From an uncultured Enterobacteriaceae bacterium (GTDB taxonomy: Bacteria; Pseudomonadota; Gammaproteobacteria; Enterobacterales; Enterobacteriaceae), in contig CBIFWW010000001.1 in assembly GCA_966186435.1 (NCBI GenBank), positions 1,463-65,462 of the forward strand: 64,000 nt of DNA. Direction: 5' to 3'. The position numbers and the translations under genes are program-made. Every line of letters begins with the position of its first letter. Position 1 is the first letter of the stretch. This document shows positions 8,783-18,858 of this stretch, in pieces. The notes beneath the pieces are model-generated. The model made no database searches. It saw only the letters and a program-made list of their open reading frames with translations, and was not told the origin of the DNA.

Positions 8783-8813
8783 AAAAAAGGCCACCCATTC
8801 AGGTGGCCTTTTT
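8783..8813. terminator. bidirectional rho-independent terminator (TA pair / ybiT)
   Basis: aaaaaaggccacc-cattcag-ggtggccttttt: a GC stem flanked by an A-run and a T-run, between convergent genes. Confidence 0.85.
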
Positions 8814-8832
8814 ACATCACTTAATCCTGAGA

Positions 8833-10425
8833 TTAATCAATACCTTTGGTACGCAGATAATCTTCGTAATTACCGGTGAAGTCGTGGATACCTTGCGGGG
8901 TGATTTCCATAATGCGGGTCGCCAGGGAGCTGACGAACTCACGGTCGTGGGAAACAAAGATCAGGGTGCCCTGATACATTTCCAGCGCCATGTTCAGTGA
9001 TTCAATGGATTCCATATCCAGGTGGTTGGTTGGTTCATCCATGATCAGCACGTTAGGGCGCTCCATCATCAGTTTACCAAACAGCATACGGCCCTTTTCA
9101 CCACCGGACAGCACTTTCACTTTCTTCTTGATGTCGTCCTGGCCGAACAGCAGACGGCCCAGAATACCGCGCACGGACTGCTCATCGTCGCCCTGCTGCA
9201 TCCACTGGCTCATCCAGTCGAACACCGTCAGGTCGGTTTCAAAATCGGCGGCGTGATCCTGGGCGTAGTAACCAATCTGGCAATTTTCGGACCATTTAAC
9301 GGTGCCGCTTTCCGGGGCCAGATCGCCCACCAAACATTTCAGGAAAGTAGATTTACCCACGCCGTTGGTACCCAGCACCGCCAGCTTCTCGCCCACTTCC
9401 AGCAGCATTTTGACGTTTTTAAACAGCGGGCCGTTATCAAACCCTTTGGTAAGACCTTCAACTTCCAGGGCGTTACGGAACAGTTTCTTATCCTGTTCAA
9501 AACGGATATACGGGTTCTGGCGGCTGGAGGCCTTCACTTCATCCAGTTTAATTTTATCGATCTGACGGGCGCGGGAGGTAGCCTGACGAGATTTAGAGGC
9601 GTTGGCGCTAAAGCGACTAACAAAGGATTGCAGGTCAGCAATCTGCGCTTTTTTCTTGGCGTTATCTGACAGCAGACGTTCGCGAACCTGAGTGGCCGCC
9701 GTCATGTATTCGTCGTAGTTACCTGGATAAACCCGGAGTTCGCCGTAGTCCAAATCCGCCATATGGGTACAGACCATGTTCAGGAAGTGACGATCGTGGG
9801 AAATAATGATCATGGTACTGTCGCGATCGTTCAGGGTCTGTTCCAGCCAACGGATGGTGTCGATGTCCAGGTTGTTAGTTGGTTCGTCCAGCAGCAGAAT
9901 GTCTGGGTTAGAGAACAGGGCCTGGGCCAGCAATACACGCAGTTTCCAGCCTGGGGCGACTTCGCTCATTGGGCCGTAATGTTGTTCCAGTGGAATACCC
10001 ACACCCAGCAGCAGTTCACCGGCGCGGGATTCGGCAGAATAGCCGTCCATTTCGCCATATTTTACTTCCAGATCGGCCACTTTATAGCCGTCTTCTTCGC
10101 TCATCTCTGGTAAAGCATAGATGCGGTCACGTTCTTGTTTGACTTCCCACAGCTCGCCGTGACCCATAATAACGGTGTCCAGCACGCTAAATTCTTCAAA
10201 AGCAAACTGATCCTGACGCAGCTTACCGATACGTTCATTAGGATCTAAAGAGACGTTACCGCCGGAAGGTTGCAGATCCCCACCGAGGATCTTCATAAAG
10301 GTGGACTTGCCGCTACCGTTGGCGCCAATCAGGCCATAGCGGTTGCCGCCGCCAAATTTGACGGAGATATTTTCGAACAGCGGCTTACTGCCAAACTGCA
10401 TGGTGACGTTACTGGAGGATAACAC
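8833..10425 (-). CDS. ybiT: ABC-F family ATPase
   Basis: 530 aa, near-colinear with E. coli YbiT ([51 protein letters not shown]...). It has two ABC domains. Confidence 0.95.
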   Translation of the reverse strand: MLSSSNVTMQFGSKPLFENISVKFGGGNRYGLIGANGSGKSTFMKILGGDLQPSGGNVSLDPNERIGKLRQDQFAFEEFSVLDTVIMGHGELWEVKQERDRIYALPEMSEEDGYKVADLEVKYGEMDGYSAESRAGELLLGVGIPLEQHYGPMSEVAPGWKLRVLLAQALFSNPDILLLDEPTNNLDIDTIRWLEQTLNDRDSTMIIISHDRHFLNMVCTHMADLDYGELRVYPGNYDEYMTAATQVRERLLSDNAKKKAQIADLQSFVSRFSANASKSRQATSRARQIDKIKLDEVKASSRQNPYIRFEQDKKLFRNALEVEGLTKGFDNGPLFKNVKMLLEVGEKLAVLGTNGVGKSTFLKCLVGDLAPESGTVKWSENCQIGYYAQDHAADFETDLTVFDWMSQWMQQGDDEQSVRGILGRLLFGQDDIKKKVKVLSGGEKGRMLFGKLMMERPNVLIMDEPTNHLDMESIESLNMALEMYQGTLIFVSHDREFVSSLATRIMEITPQGIHDFTGNYEDYLRTKGID

Positions 10426-10653
10426 GGGCTTTTCCTGAAAATAATGTGATCAACAACGTATTATGCCATAAGTGCGCTTTATAATCGCCCCCGTTATACA
10501 TCGCCTACACTTGCCGCTAAACGTGAAAAATTTGTGATTTAAGGCACATCTTAATTCCCACTGGCCGGTAATGAACATATACTGCTCTCCCGGTACTGCC
10601 GCTTGATTTTTAACCCAATAGCCTGCGTGGCCTAACACTCTAATCAGCACAAC

Positions 10654-11574
10654 ATGACTATGAAATTACGTACAATTTTCTTGGCTGCTTTTGCAATCAT
10701 CAGTTTTTGCAAGACCGCAGCCGCTGTGACCTATCCACTGCCTACCGACGGTAGCCGGCTGGTAGGTCAGAATCAGGTTATTATTATCCCGGAAGGTAAC
10801 AAACAGCCTCTGGAGTATTTCGCTGCTGAATATCAGTTGGGCCTGTCCAACCTGATGGAAGCCAACCCAGGCGTTGACCCGTACCTACCTAAAGGCGGTA
10901 CCGTGCTCAACATCCCACAACAGATCATTCTGCCGGATACGGTTCATGAAGGTATCGTAATTAATAGCGCCGAAATGCGCCTGTATTACTACCCGAAAGG
11001 CAGCAATACCGTGATTGTGCTGCCAATTGGTATTGGTCAGCTGGGTAAAGATACTCCAGTCAACTGGGTGACCAAGGTAGAACGTAAAAAAGCCGGCCCT
11101 ACCTGGACCCCAACGGCCAAGATGCATGCTGAATACATCGCCGCCGGTGAACCACTGCCTGCGGTTGTTCCTGCTGGCCCGGATAACCCAATGGGCCTAT
11201 ACGCGCTGTACATTGGCCGCCTGTACGCCATCCACGGTACTAATGCCAACTTTGGTATCGGCCTGCGTGTTAGCCATGGCTGTGTGCGTCTGCGTAACGA
11301 AGATATTAAATTCCTGTTCCAGAATGTGCCGGTGGGTACCCGGGTTGAGTTTATCGATGAACCCGCTAAAGCCACCAGCGAGCCTGACGGCAGCCGTTAC
11401 ATCGAAGTGCATAACCCGCTTTCCACCAGTGAAGAGCAAATTGATAACAACGAAGTGGTGCCAATTAATCTGAGCAGCAACCTGAAAAATGTAACCGATC
11501 AGGCTGATGTGGATCAGAACATCGTGCAGCAAGCGATCGCCAACCGTTCCGGTATGCCGATTCGTTTGAACTAA
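10654..11574 (+). CDS. ldtB: L,D-transpeptidase (Braun lipoprotein attachment)
   Basis: 306 aa with a signal peptide, a LysM-like region and a YkuD catalytic motif ([12 protein letters not shown]). It is highly similar to E. coli YbiS/LdtB. Confidence 0.93.
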   Translation: MTMKLRTIFLAAFAIISFCKTAAAVTYPLPTDGSRLVGQNQVIIIPEGNKQPLEYFAAEYQLGLSNLMEANPGVDPYLPKGGTVLNIPQQIILPDTVHEGIVINSAEMRLYYYPKGSNTVIVLPIGIGQLGKDTPVNWVTKVERKKAGPTWTPTAKMHAEYIAAGEPLPAVVPAGPDNPMGLYALYIGRLYAIHGTNANFGIGLRVSHGCVRLRNEDIKFLFQNVPVGTRVEFIDEPAKATSEPDGSRYIEVHNPLSTSEEQIDNNEVVPINLSSNLKNVTDQADVDQNIVQQAIANRSGMPIRLN

Positions 11575-11592
11575 TCGCTGCCGTAGAAATGG

Positions 11593-11620
11593 AAAAGCCG
11601 CTCAATGAGCGGCTTTTTTT
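11593..11620. terminator. rho-independent terminator between ldtB and the AKR gene
   Basis: aaaagccgctc-aat-gagcggcttttttt. Confidence 0.8.
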
Positions 11621-11629
11621 GGCTATGAA

Positions 11630-12670
11630 TTACTGGTCTTTCAACTGCTGCTGGCGGTAATCCCCCTGGCGCTCCAGCATCCAACCAGGATATTCGTTGG
11701 GCAGTGCACTCACCGTATTAAGGCTAGCCAATTCTTCTTCATTTAGCTGAACCTGTGTGGCCGCAATATTATCCGTAAGCTGTTCCGGCTTTTTGGCCCC
11801 TATAATCACACTGGTCACCACCGGCTGGTGTAGCAGCCAGGCCAGGGCAATCTGTGCCACACTCACCCCTTTGGCTTCGGCAAGCTTAGCCATCACATCC
11901 ACGCAATCGAAGGCGCGCTCTTTATTGACTGGCGGGAAGTCAAATTCAACACGACGACTGCCAGCCTCTACCTGCCCATCCCGGCTATATTTCCCACTTA
12001 ACAAGCCACCGGCCAGCGGACTCCATACCATCAGCCCTACCCCCTCGCTTTGCAGCATCGGCACCAGCTCGCGCTCCAAGTCGCGACCCGCGAGGGTGTA
12101 ATAGGCTTGCAGGGAGGCGAAGCGTGGAAGCCCCAGGCGCTCAGCGATCCCGAGAGCTTTCATGATTTGCCAGGCTGCCCAGTTGGAGACACCTATATAG
12201 CGCACGTGGCCGTGCTGCACCAGGTTATCCAGCGCGCGCAGGGTTTCTTCAATGGGGGTGGCCGGATCAAAGCCGTGGAGTTGATACAGGTCGATATGGT
12301 CCAGTTGCAGGCGCTTTAGGCTCTGCTTCACGCTCTCCATAATATGGAAACGTGAGGAGCCACGGGAATTAGTGCCGCCAGTGCCGGTTTCGCCAAATAC
12401 CTTGGTGGCGACCACCACATTCTCCCGGGGGATATTCAGGTTACGTAGCGCTTGGCCGGTGATCTCCTCAGCGCGGCCATTAGAATAGACGTTGGCGGTA
12501 TCGATGAAATTAACCCCAGCATCAAGGGCGCTGCCCAGCAAGCCATCGACATCTTTTTGGGTCAGTTGGCCTATTTTGCCCCACATCCCTTCGTCGCCGC
12601 CGAAGGTCATGGTGCCAAGGCACAGTTCAGAAACAAACAGCCCGGTATTACCTAATTTTTTATAACGCAT
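11630..12670 (-). CDS. aldo/keto reductase family oxidoreductase
   Basis: 346 aa. The N-terminus MRYKKLGNTGLFVSELCLGTMTFGG is typical of AKRs (Tas/YajO-like), with conserved D, Y, K and H positions along the length. Confidence 0.85.
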   Translation of the reverse strand: MRYKKLGNTGLFVSELCLGTMTFGGDEGMWGKIGQLTQKDVDGLLGSALDAGVNFIDTANVYSNGRAEEITGQALRNLNIPRENVVVATKVFGETGTGGTNSRGSSRFHIMESVKQSLKRLQLDHIDLYQLHGFDPATPIEETLRALDNLVQHGHVRYIGVSNWAAWQIMKALGIAERLGLPRFASLQAYYTLAGRDLERELVPMLQSEGVGLMVWSPLAGGLLSGKYSRDGQVEAGSRRVEFDFPPVNKERAFDCVDVMAKLAEAKGVSVAQIALAWLLHQPVVTSVIIGAKKPEQLTDNIAATQVQLNEEELASLNTVSALPNEYPGWMLERQGDYRQQQLKDQ

Positions 12671-12770
12671 TTTCCGCTCCGATAATTAATGGATGGGACG
12701 ACCATCCATTATGTCAGTCCCATGTTGGGGAAAAATGGGGCATTACTGCCGATTTCTTGCCCAATTATAT

Positions 12771-14306
12771 TTAGCCAGCCGGGGCATCACCAAAGACGCT
12801 ATAGTTCGGCAGACTCACCGATTGATAAGGCTCCCAGCCGCCGCCCAGGGCTTTATACAAGGCCACCAAATCGGTGCTGGTTTGCACCTGTGCCTGAGCC
12901 AACTGCTCTTTGGACTGGGCCAACTGGCGCTGGGCGTCTAGTACATCGAGGAAGGTGGCTAAGCCTTTCCGGTAGCTGTCGCTGGCTAAATCAAAGGCGG
13001 TTTGCAGCGCATCAATGGTCTGCTTTAGCCCAGCCTCTCGCTGCTGATCGGTGCGGTAGCTGACCAGGGCATTTTCCACATCCTGTAACGCGGTGAGTAC
13101 CGTCTGGCGATATTGCAATACCTGCGCCCCCTGCTGTGCCCTGGCCAGTTTGACACTGGACACCAGCCTGCCCCCCAGGAAGATAGGGATCGAGATCTGC
13201 GGCCCGACGCTGTAGAAGTGGCTGCTCCAGTCCAGCAAATAACCGGTTTCATCATTACGCAGCCCCAACTGGCCCTGGAGGGAAATATCCGGGAACAGCT
13301 GGGCTACCGATACCCCTATTTGGGCGCTAGCGACCCGTAGGTTGGCCTCGGCTTCGCGGATATCCGGGCGACGGCGGGCCAGCGTGGAGGGAATACCCAC
13401 CGTCACCAGTTTTGGCAGTGGCGGTAGCGGTTGTGGGTTCGCCAGCTCATTATCCAGCGCCCCCGGCATCTGACCTAACAACACCGCCAGCCCATTCAAC
13501 GCCTGGCGCGCCTGGGCCTGATACTGAGGCAACTGGGCCTGGAGGTTGCCCACCTGGGCGCGGGCATTCTCTACATCCAGCTGTGGCGATAAGCCGCCTT
13601 TGGCGCGGCTTTGGGTTAACTCCAGGGTTTGCTCGGCGGTTTCCAACTGTTCATTTAGGGTGGCGATCACGCTTTGTGCCCCTCTAAGCTGGAGCCATAC
13701 CCGCGCCACTTCGGCCTCAAGAGAAACCAGCGCATCATTACGCTGCTCGATAGCGGCCTGCTGCTGGGCGCTGGCCTGCTCTACCTGGCGCCGTACCTTG
13801 CCCCACAGATCCACCTCCCAGCTGGCATCGAAACTGCCCTGATAAAGGGTGATGGGCTGGGTCAGCGAATCAAGCTGCCCCCCCAGATCGCCATCTATCT
13901 GGTTCACCTTGTCATAGACCCCGTGGGATTTAAGTTCCCCTTTTAGGCCCAACTGTTGGCGGGTGACGCTGGCACTGCCGTTAACACTCGGATACCAGGC
14001 CCCGCTGGACTGGGTGACCTGTTCCCTGGCCCCGGCAATACGTAACACCGCCTGTTGTAAAGTGAGGTTGCCACTGATGGCCCGGTCGATCAGACTATTC
14101 AGTTGGGGTGAGTTAAAGTTATGCCACCACTGGGGTTCAATAGCGGTATTGAGTACCTTGCTGCGGTCATCCTTGCCGTTTTCCAGCTGATGATACTGGC
14201 CCGGTGTCTGAGGATGGGCGGTCTGGTAATCCGGCCCCACGGCGCAACCCGCCAGCAATAATGCCAAAGTAAGAGCACTGAGTTTTGGCGTGAGAATACG
14301 GTACAT
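12771..14306 (-). CDS. efflux outer-membrane factor lipoprotein, NodT family
   Basis: 511 aa with a lipobox (LLLAGC) followed by AVGPDY, and two coiled-coil/OEP repeats. It is the last gene of the efflux operon. Confidence 0.9.
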   Translation of the reverse strand: MYRILTPKLSALTLALLLAGCAVGPDYQTAHPQTPGQYHQLENGKDDRSKVLNTAIEPQWWHNFNSPQLNSLIDRAISGNLTLQQAVLRIAGAREQVTQSSGAWYPSVNGSASVTRQQLGLKGELKSHGVYDKVNQIDGDLGGQLDSLTQPITLYQGSFDASWEVDLWGKVRRQVEQASAQQQAAIEQRNDALVSLEAEVARVWLQLRGAQSVIATLNEQLETAEQTLELTQSRAKGGLSPQLDVENARAQVGNLQAQLPQYQAQARQALNGLAVLLGQMPGALDNELANPQPLPPLPKLVTVGIPSTLARRRPDIREAEANLRVASAQIGVSVAQLFPDISLQGQLGLRNDETGYLLDWSSHFYSVGPQISIPIFLGGRLVSSVKLARAQQGAQVLQYRQTVLTALQDVENALVSYRTDQQREAGLKQTIDALQTAFDLASDSYRKGLATFLDVLDAQRQLAQSKEQLAQAQVQTSTDLVALYKALGGGWEPYQSVSLPNYSVFGDAPAG

Positions 14307-14307
14307 A

Positions 14308-15879
14308 TTAATGTGCTCCTGCCGCGCCTTCGCTTTTCACTGGCGCCAAGAAAAAGACAAACGGGATCAACAACGCCGCCACCAGGCTCAACATCGTAAA
14401 TACGTCGATATAGGCGAGGAAGCGGGACTGCTCAATCATGGTGCGGTACATCTGGCCGGTGGCAATGCTCAACGGGTCGCCAGCGATACTGGTGTAGTTA
14501 CGGATGGCATCCGCCATTTCACGTACCCTAAGCTGGAAAGGCTCATCAAACTGGGTGGCATGGGCACTAAGATAGGCACTGTGCTTTTGCGAAAACTCGG
14601 TGATTGCCGCCGTAGAGAGCGAAATACCCACGGAGCCTGCCACATTTCGGAACATGGTAAACAGCGCCGCTGCATCGGCATTGAGCTGGCGCGGAATGCT
14701 GATAAAGGCAATGGTGGTGAGCGGTACAAACAAGAACCCCAGCCCAAATGACTGGGCGCTGCGGAACATCACCAGGGTAACAAAATCAATATCCGGCGTG
14801 AGATGGCGGGACCAGAAGAATGACACCGCCAGGCAGGTAAAGCCGAAGCCGATGATATAACGGGTTTGCACCACCGGCATCAGCTTAAGCACCAGCGGGA
14901 TGGTCAACACAATCAGGATCGCCCCCGGTGACAGTACCAGCCCGGACCAGGTGGCGGTATAGCCGAGATCCTGCTGGGCCAGTTGGGGGATCACCACCGA
15001 GCTGCCGTACAGGATCATTGCCATCCCGGCCATTAACAGGCAGGCAATGGCGAAGTTTTTGTCCTTCATGCAGCGCAGATCCACCACCGGCTTACGGGCA
15101 TACACCAGCCAGTAAATCGCGCCAATAATCCCTATCAGGGTCAAAATGGCGAAGATGCGGATAAAGCCGGAGTTAAACCAGTCATCGTCCTCGCCACGGT
15201 CAAGCATTACCTGAAGGCAGCCCAGGCCGAGGGCAATCAAGCCAATGCCGGTCCAGTCGATGGAGAGCTTGCCCTCTTTGCGTTTCTCCCAGGGCGGGTC
15301 TTCCAGTAGCTGATAAACCGCCAGCACCGTGATAATCCCCACAGGGATATTGATAAAGAACACCCAGCGCCAGGTGTAGTTATCGGTGATCCAACCGCCG
15401 AGTGTCGGGCCAAGCACCGGGGCCACGATAATGGCGATCGAAGACAAGCCAAAAGCCTTACCGCGATCTTCCGGCTTGAAGTAATCCAACAAAATCGATT
15501 GTTGGGAGGGCTGCAATCCCCCGCCAAAAAAGCCCTGCAAGATACGGAACAAAATGATCTGCCATAACTCGGTGGCAATCCCGCACAAGAAAGAGCACAC
15601 CGTAAACATCACGATGCAAATCAGGAAGAAGTTTTTACGGCCTAATGCCCGGCTAAGGAAGGCGGAAATAGGCAGCACGATGCCGTTCGCCACCAGATAG
15701 GAGGTGAGCACCCAAGTGGATTCGTCATAGCTGGAAGAGAGCGAACCAGCCACATGGGGCAGCGCCACGTTCACAATGGTGGTATCAAGGATCTCCATAA
15801 ATACCGCCAGCGTGACGACAATCGCCACCGCCCAAGGGTTACTGGCCGGGCGCCAGTTTTCATGGGCATGATCACTCAT
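14308..15879 (-). CDS. MFS DHA2 (14-TMS) multidrug efflux permease, EmrB/FarB-like
   Basis: 523 aa. The segment ..LDTTIVNVALPHVAGSL..TWVLTSYLVANGIV.. is typical of the EmrB family. Its stop lies 1 nt from the OMF start. Confidence 0.9.
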   Translation of the reverse strand: MSDHAHENWRPASNPWAVAIVVTLAVFMEILDTTIVNVALPHVAGSLSSSYDESTWVLTSYLVANGIVLPISAFLSRALGRKNFFLICIVMFTVCSFLCGIATELWQIILFRILQGFFGGGLQPSQQSILLDYFKPEDRGKAFGLSSIAIIVAPVLGPTLGGWITDNYTWRWVFFINIPVGIITVLAVYQLLEDPPWEKRKEGKLSIDWTGIGLIALGLGCLQVMLDRGEDDDWFNSGFIRIFAILTLIGIIGAIYWLVYARKPVVDLRCMKDKNFAIACLLMAGMAMILYGSSVVIPQLAQQDLGYTATWSGLVLSPGAILIVLTIPLVLKLMPVVQTRYIIGFGFTCLAVSFFWSRHLTPDIDFVTLVMFRSAQSFGLGFLFVPLTTIAFISIPRQLNADAAALFTMFRNVAGSVGISLSTAAITEFSQKHSAYLSAHATQFDEPFQLRVREMADAIRNYTSIAGDPLSIATGQMYRTMIEQSRFLAYIDVFTMLSLVAALLIPFVFFLAPVKSEGAAGAH

Positions 15880-16991
15880 TTCACGGTGACCTTCGGCTCA
15901 ACAGACAGCCCCAACGGCAGCGGGTGCTGCGGGTCTAACCCTTTATCAATAACAATTTTAACCGGCACCCGCTGGACGATTTTCACATAGTTACCGGTGG
16001 CGTTTTCCGCCGGGAAGGCAGAGAAGCGTGAACCACTGCCCTGCTGGATACTGTCGATATGGCCTTCCAGCTCCAGGTCTGGCCAGCCGTCCACGCTGAG
16101 GGCCACCTTGTCGCCGGGGTTCATATGCTCCAGTTGGGATTCTTTAAAGTTGGCGGTGATCCAGATATCCGGTGACACTAGCGAGAATAACGCGCTCCCG
16201 GCTTGTACCAGGGTGCCAAGCTGGACGTTACGCTTGGTGACAAAGCCATCGAAGGGGGCGCGCACTTCAGTATAAGAAAGGTTTAGGCTGGCGGTTTCCA
16301 CTTGAGCCTGGGCCTGATCAACCTGGCGCGCCCGGGCTTCCACATTGGTTTCTTGTTGGCGGATCTGCAATTTGACCTGATCGGCCACTTCCAGTTGCGC
16401 TTTAGCATTGGCCAGTTGGGCCTGGGCGCTGCGTAACTGGGCGTTGGCAGAATCGATGTTTTGTTGCGAGGTAGCTCTAGGATCGACACCACGCTGGCGG
16501 CGATATTCCGCTTCGGCATTAGCCAGGTTGGCCTCGGCACTTAACACCTGAGCCGCCGCCTGATCGCGCTGGGCCGGATACTGGACTTTCGACAGTGCTA
16601 ACTGCGCCTGGGCCTGATGAAGCTGGGCCTGAGTAAGGCCAAGCTGGGCTTTAGCCTGATCCAATTGGGCAGTGTTATCACGGGGATCGATGGTCAGCAG
16701 CAGATCGCCCTGCTTCACCCGCTGGTTGTCTTTCACCAATAATTGGGTGACATAGCCTGCGGCTTTCGGGGCGATAGTCACCACGTTGCCATCGGTAAAG
16801 GCATCGTCAGTGGTTTCTTCATTGCGGGTCATCAGCCACCAAATCAGGGCCACAATAACCATGACAATGACAATAATACCCAAGATTATCAGCGGTTTTT
16901 TGCCGGGTCGTTTGCGCTGCCCGTTGTTATCGGCCTTATCTTGAGTGTTTTCTTCTTGGGTAGTGTCTTTTTGTTGCTCTGTTTCGGCCAT
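15876..16991 (-). CDS. HlyD-family periplasmic adaptor, EmrA-like
   Basis: 371 aa with a single N-terminal TMS, a long Q/A-rich coiled coil, and lipoyl and beta-barrel segments. It overlaps the emrB-like gene by 4 nt. Confidence 0.9.
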   Translation of the reverse strand: MAETEQQKDTTQEENTQDKADNNGQRKRPGKKPLIILGIIVIVMVIVALIWWLMTRNEETTDDAFTDGNVVTIAPKAAGYVTQLLVKDNQRVKQGDLLLTIDPRDNTAQLDQAKAQLGLTQAQLHQAQAQLALSKVQYPAQRDQAAAQVLSAEANLANAEAEYRRQRGVDPRATSQQNIDSANAQLRSAQAQLANAKAQLEVADQVKLQIRQQETNVEARARQVDQAQAQVETASLNLSYTEVRAPFDGFVTKRNVQLGTLVQAGSALFSLVSPDIWITANFKESQLEHMNPGDKVALSVDGWPDLELEGHIDSIQQGSGSRFSAFPAENATGNYVKIVQRVPVKIVIDKGLDPQHPLPLGLSVEPKVTVK

Positions 16992-17092
16992 AATTTAGCA
17001 GCGGTCCTGTTTAATAAACGAGAATACCAACATCGTTAACTAAACTTAGAGCTTTGCTATACATTTGCCAGGGTAAACTGACAAATAGGGCT

Positions 17093-18208
17093 TTATCTGA
17101 GCACTAATATACAAAGCAGGTAGCCTGTGGCCGTGGCCCACACCAGCATGGGCAAAGAATAAAGATGGAAACGCCACCAGATGCGTCGGTCGTTAGCCAG
17201 GCGCATGGCGATAAGGTTCGCCATTGATCCCGGCAACAGCCCGAAACCACCGATATTGACAGCCCAGGCCAACAGCTGATCCGGCGGCAGGTAGTTAGCT
17301 AACAGCAAAGTGGCGGGGACATTACTGATAAATTGGGATAATCCCACGCTCAGCAAGAATTGCCCCAGTTGCGGCAACTGCCCCACCTGCTCCAGGCCGT
17401 GGTGCAGCCACGGCAGCCTGGTGAGCAAGTGAACATCAATGAACATCACCACAAATACCGCCAACAGGCTCCAGTCCAGCGCCGCCAGCATGCGGCGGGC
17501 CATTAGCAGAAACCCCACCAGTACTAATGCCAACCCAATCAGTGGATAGCCGAGTTCCAGCGCTGCCAGAAACACTACGTATAGCCCCAGACTGGTAAAC
17601 AGCAGCGGCTTATGCCAAGGGCTATCCTGAGCGTGGCCGGTAAATTGCATCTTTTTCGCCGGGAAGCTTAGCCAGCACAGCAGCATCAGGCTCACCATCA
17701 GCAGTAGCGCTAGCGGGGCCATCTGCCAGACAAAACCGCCAAAAGAGATCCCGGAGCGGCCCCACAAAAAGATATTCTGCGGGTTGCCAATAGGGGTTAA
17801 TAGGGAACCGGCATTGACCGCCAGTGCCTCAAAAATGATGAGCTTGCTGGCAGGTAGCCCGCACAGCTTCTTCAGGGTGATGGTGAGTGGCACCACGATA
17901 AACAGCGCCACATCGTTGGTCATAAAGGTGGATAAAGCCGCCGCTGAAAACACCATAAATAGCGCAATGGCCCGCTCATTGGAAAAACGGGCCACTAACT
18001 GGCGGCCTGCTCTATCAAAATAGCCGCTGGTTTCCACGCCCTTGGTCAACATCATCAACCCGGTAAGGGTGATGATAGTGCGCCAGTCGATAACCCCGGG
18101 CCAGGCCCGGATGTCCACCGGCACCAGCACGCAGAGCGCAGCACCCACCAGCAGTAATAAATGAAGGAAATGGTCACGGGCAAAGGCACGGAAAAGGGTT
18201 CGCACCAT
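17093..18208 (-). CDS. ybiR: ArsB/NhaD-superfamily anion permease
   Basis: 371-aa polytopic membrane protein located directly downstream of mntR, as in the E. coli mntR-ybiR operon. Confidence 0.85.
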   Translation of the reverse strand: MVRTLFRAFARDHFLHLLLLVGAALCVLVPVDIRAWPGVIDWRTIITLTGLMMLTKGVETSGYFDRAGRQLVARFSNERAIALFMVFSAAALSTFMTNDVALFIVVPLTITLKKLCGLPASKLIIFEALAVNAGSLLTPIGNPQNIFLWGRSGISFGGFVWQMAPLALLLMVSLMLLCWLSFPAKKMQFTGHAQDSPWHKPLLFTSLGLYVVFLAALELGYPLIGLALVLVGFLLMARRMLAALDWSLLAVFVVMFIDVHLLTRLPWLHHGLEQVGQLPQLGQFLLSVGLSQFISNVPATLLLANYLPPDQLLAWAVNIGGFGLLPGSMANLIAMRLANDRRIWWRFHLYSLPMLVWATATGYLLCILVLR

Positions 18209-18216
18209 GGGTATGA

Positions 18217-18678
18217 TTATTCCCTGGTTTCAGTAAAGCGGCGGAAGGTTTCTAAGGTTTCTTCGCTGACGTGGTGCTCTATGCCTTCAGCATCGCGGCG
18301 AGCAATGTCCGGGGAAACGCCCAGTGCCAGAAGGAAGTTTTCGACTATCTGATGGCGCTCCCGGCTGGCCTGGGCCAGCTTTTCGCCCTCTTCAGTAAGG
18401 GACACCCCGCGCCAGGGAATCATAGCAATCAGGCCCACCGAGGCCAGCCGCTTCAACATTTTAGCCACGGTAGGTTGGGATACACCCAGCCGGGCGGCCA
18501 TATCTACCTGACGGGCTTCACCGGTTTCGGCAATCAGGTCGGAAATCAACTCTACATAGTCGTCAATTAACTCCCGGCGGTGGGCTTCTCGCACCTGGCG
18601 GAAACCTTCTACGTGTTCTTCGACATTAACCAGTTGGCTGGTTTTTTTAGGGGATGGCGTACCTGCCCGACGGCTCAT
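18217..18678 (-). CDS. mntR: Mn(II)-responsive DtxR-family repressor
   Basis: 153 aa, nearly identical over long stretches to E. coli MntR (..[52 protein letters not shown]..). Confidence 0.95.
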   Translation of the reverse strand: MSRRAGTPSPKKTSQLVNVEEHVEGFRQVREAHRRELIDDYVELISDLIAETGEARQVDMAARLGVSQPTVAKMLKRLASVGLIAMIPWRGVSLTEEGEKLAQASRERHQIVENFLLALGVSPDIARRDAEGIEHHVSEETLETFRRFTETRE

Positions 18679-18776
18679 GCAATGTTCTCCTGCGGGGGTC
18701 TAAGACGTTTACACAAGCACAGTGTAAACCAGCAGCACCAAACAACAAAAAAATAACCGATTAGCAATAGCTATAA

Positions 18777-18796
18777 GATATAGCCCATGCTATATC
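18777..18796. promoter_or_regulatory. MntR box (GATATAGC-N4-GCTATATC)
   Basis: Perfect 8-bp inverted repeat with a 4-bp spacer. It matches the ATAGC-N4-GCTAT core of MntR operators such as the one at E. coli mntH. It lies between divergent mntR and mntS, about 60 bp upstream of mntS. An extra ATAGCTAT is at 18766-18773. Confidence 0.7.
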
Positions 18797-18858
18797 TGTA
18801 TACATCGCAGTCACCGATTAAGGAACAATCGGTTTACCCTGTTCATTAGGAGGTGGTT

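Noticed and set aside
9022-9669. 215-aa plus-strand ORF inside ybiT
   Set aside because: It is antisense to the highly conserved ABC-F gene and has no family resemblance, so it is a shadow ORF.
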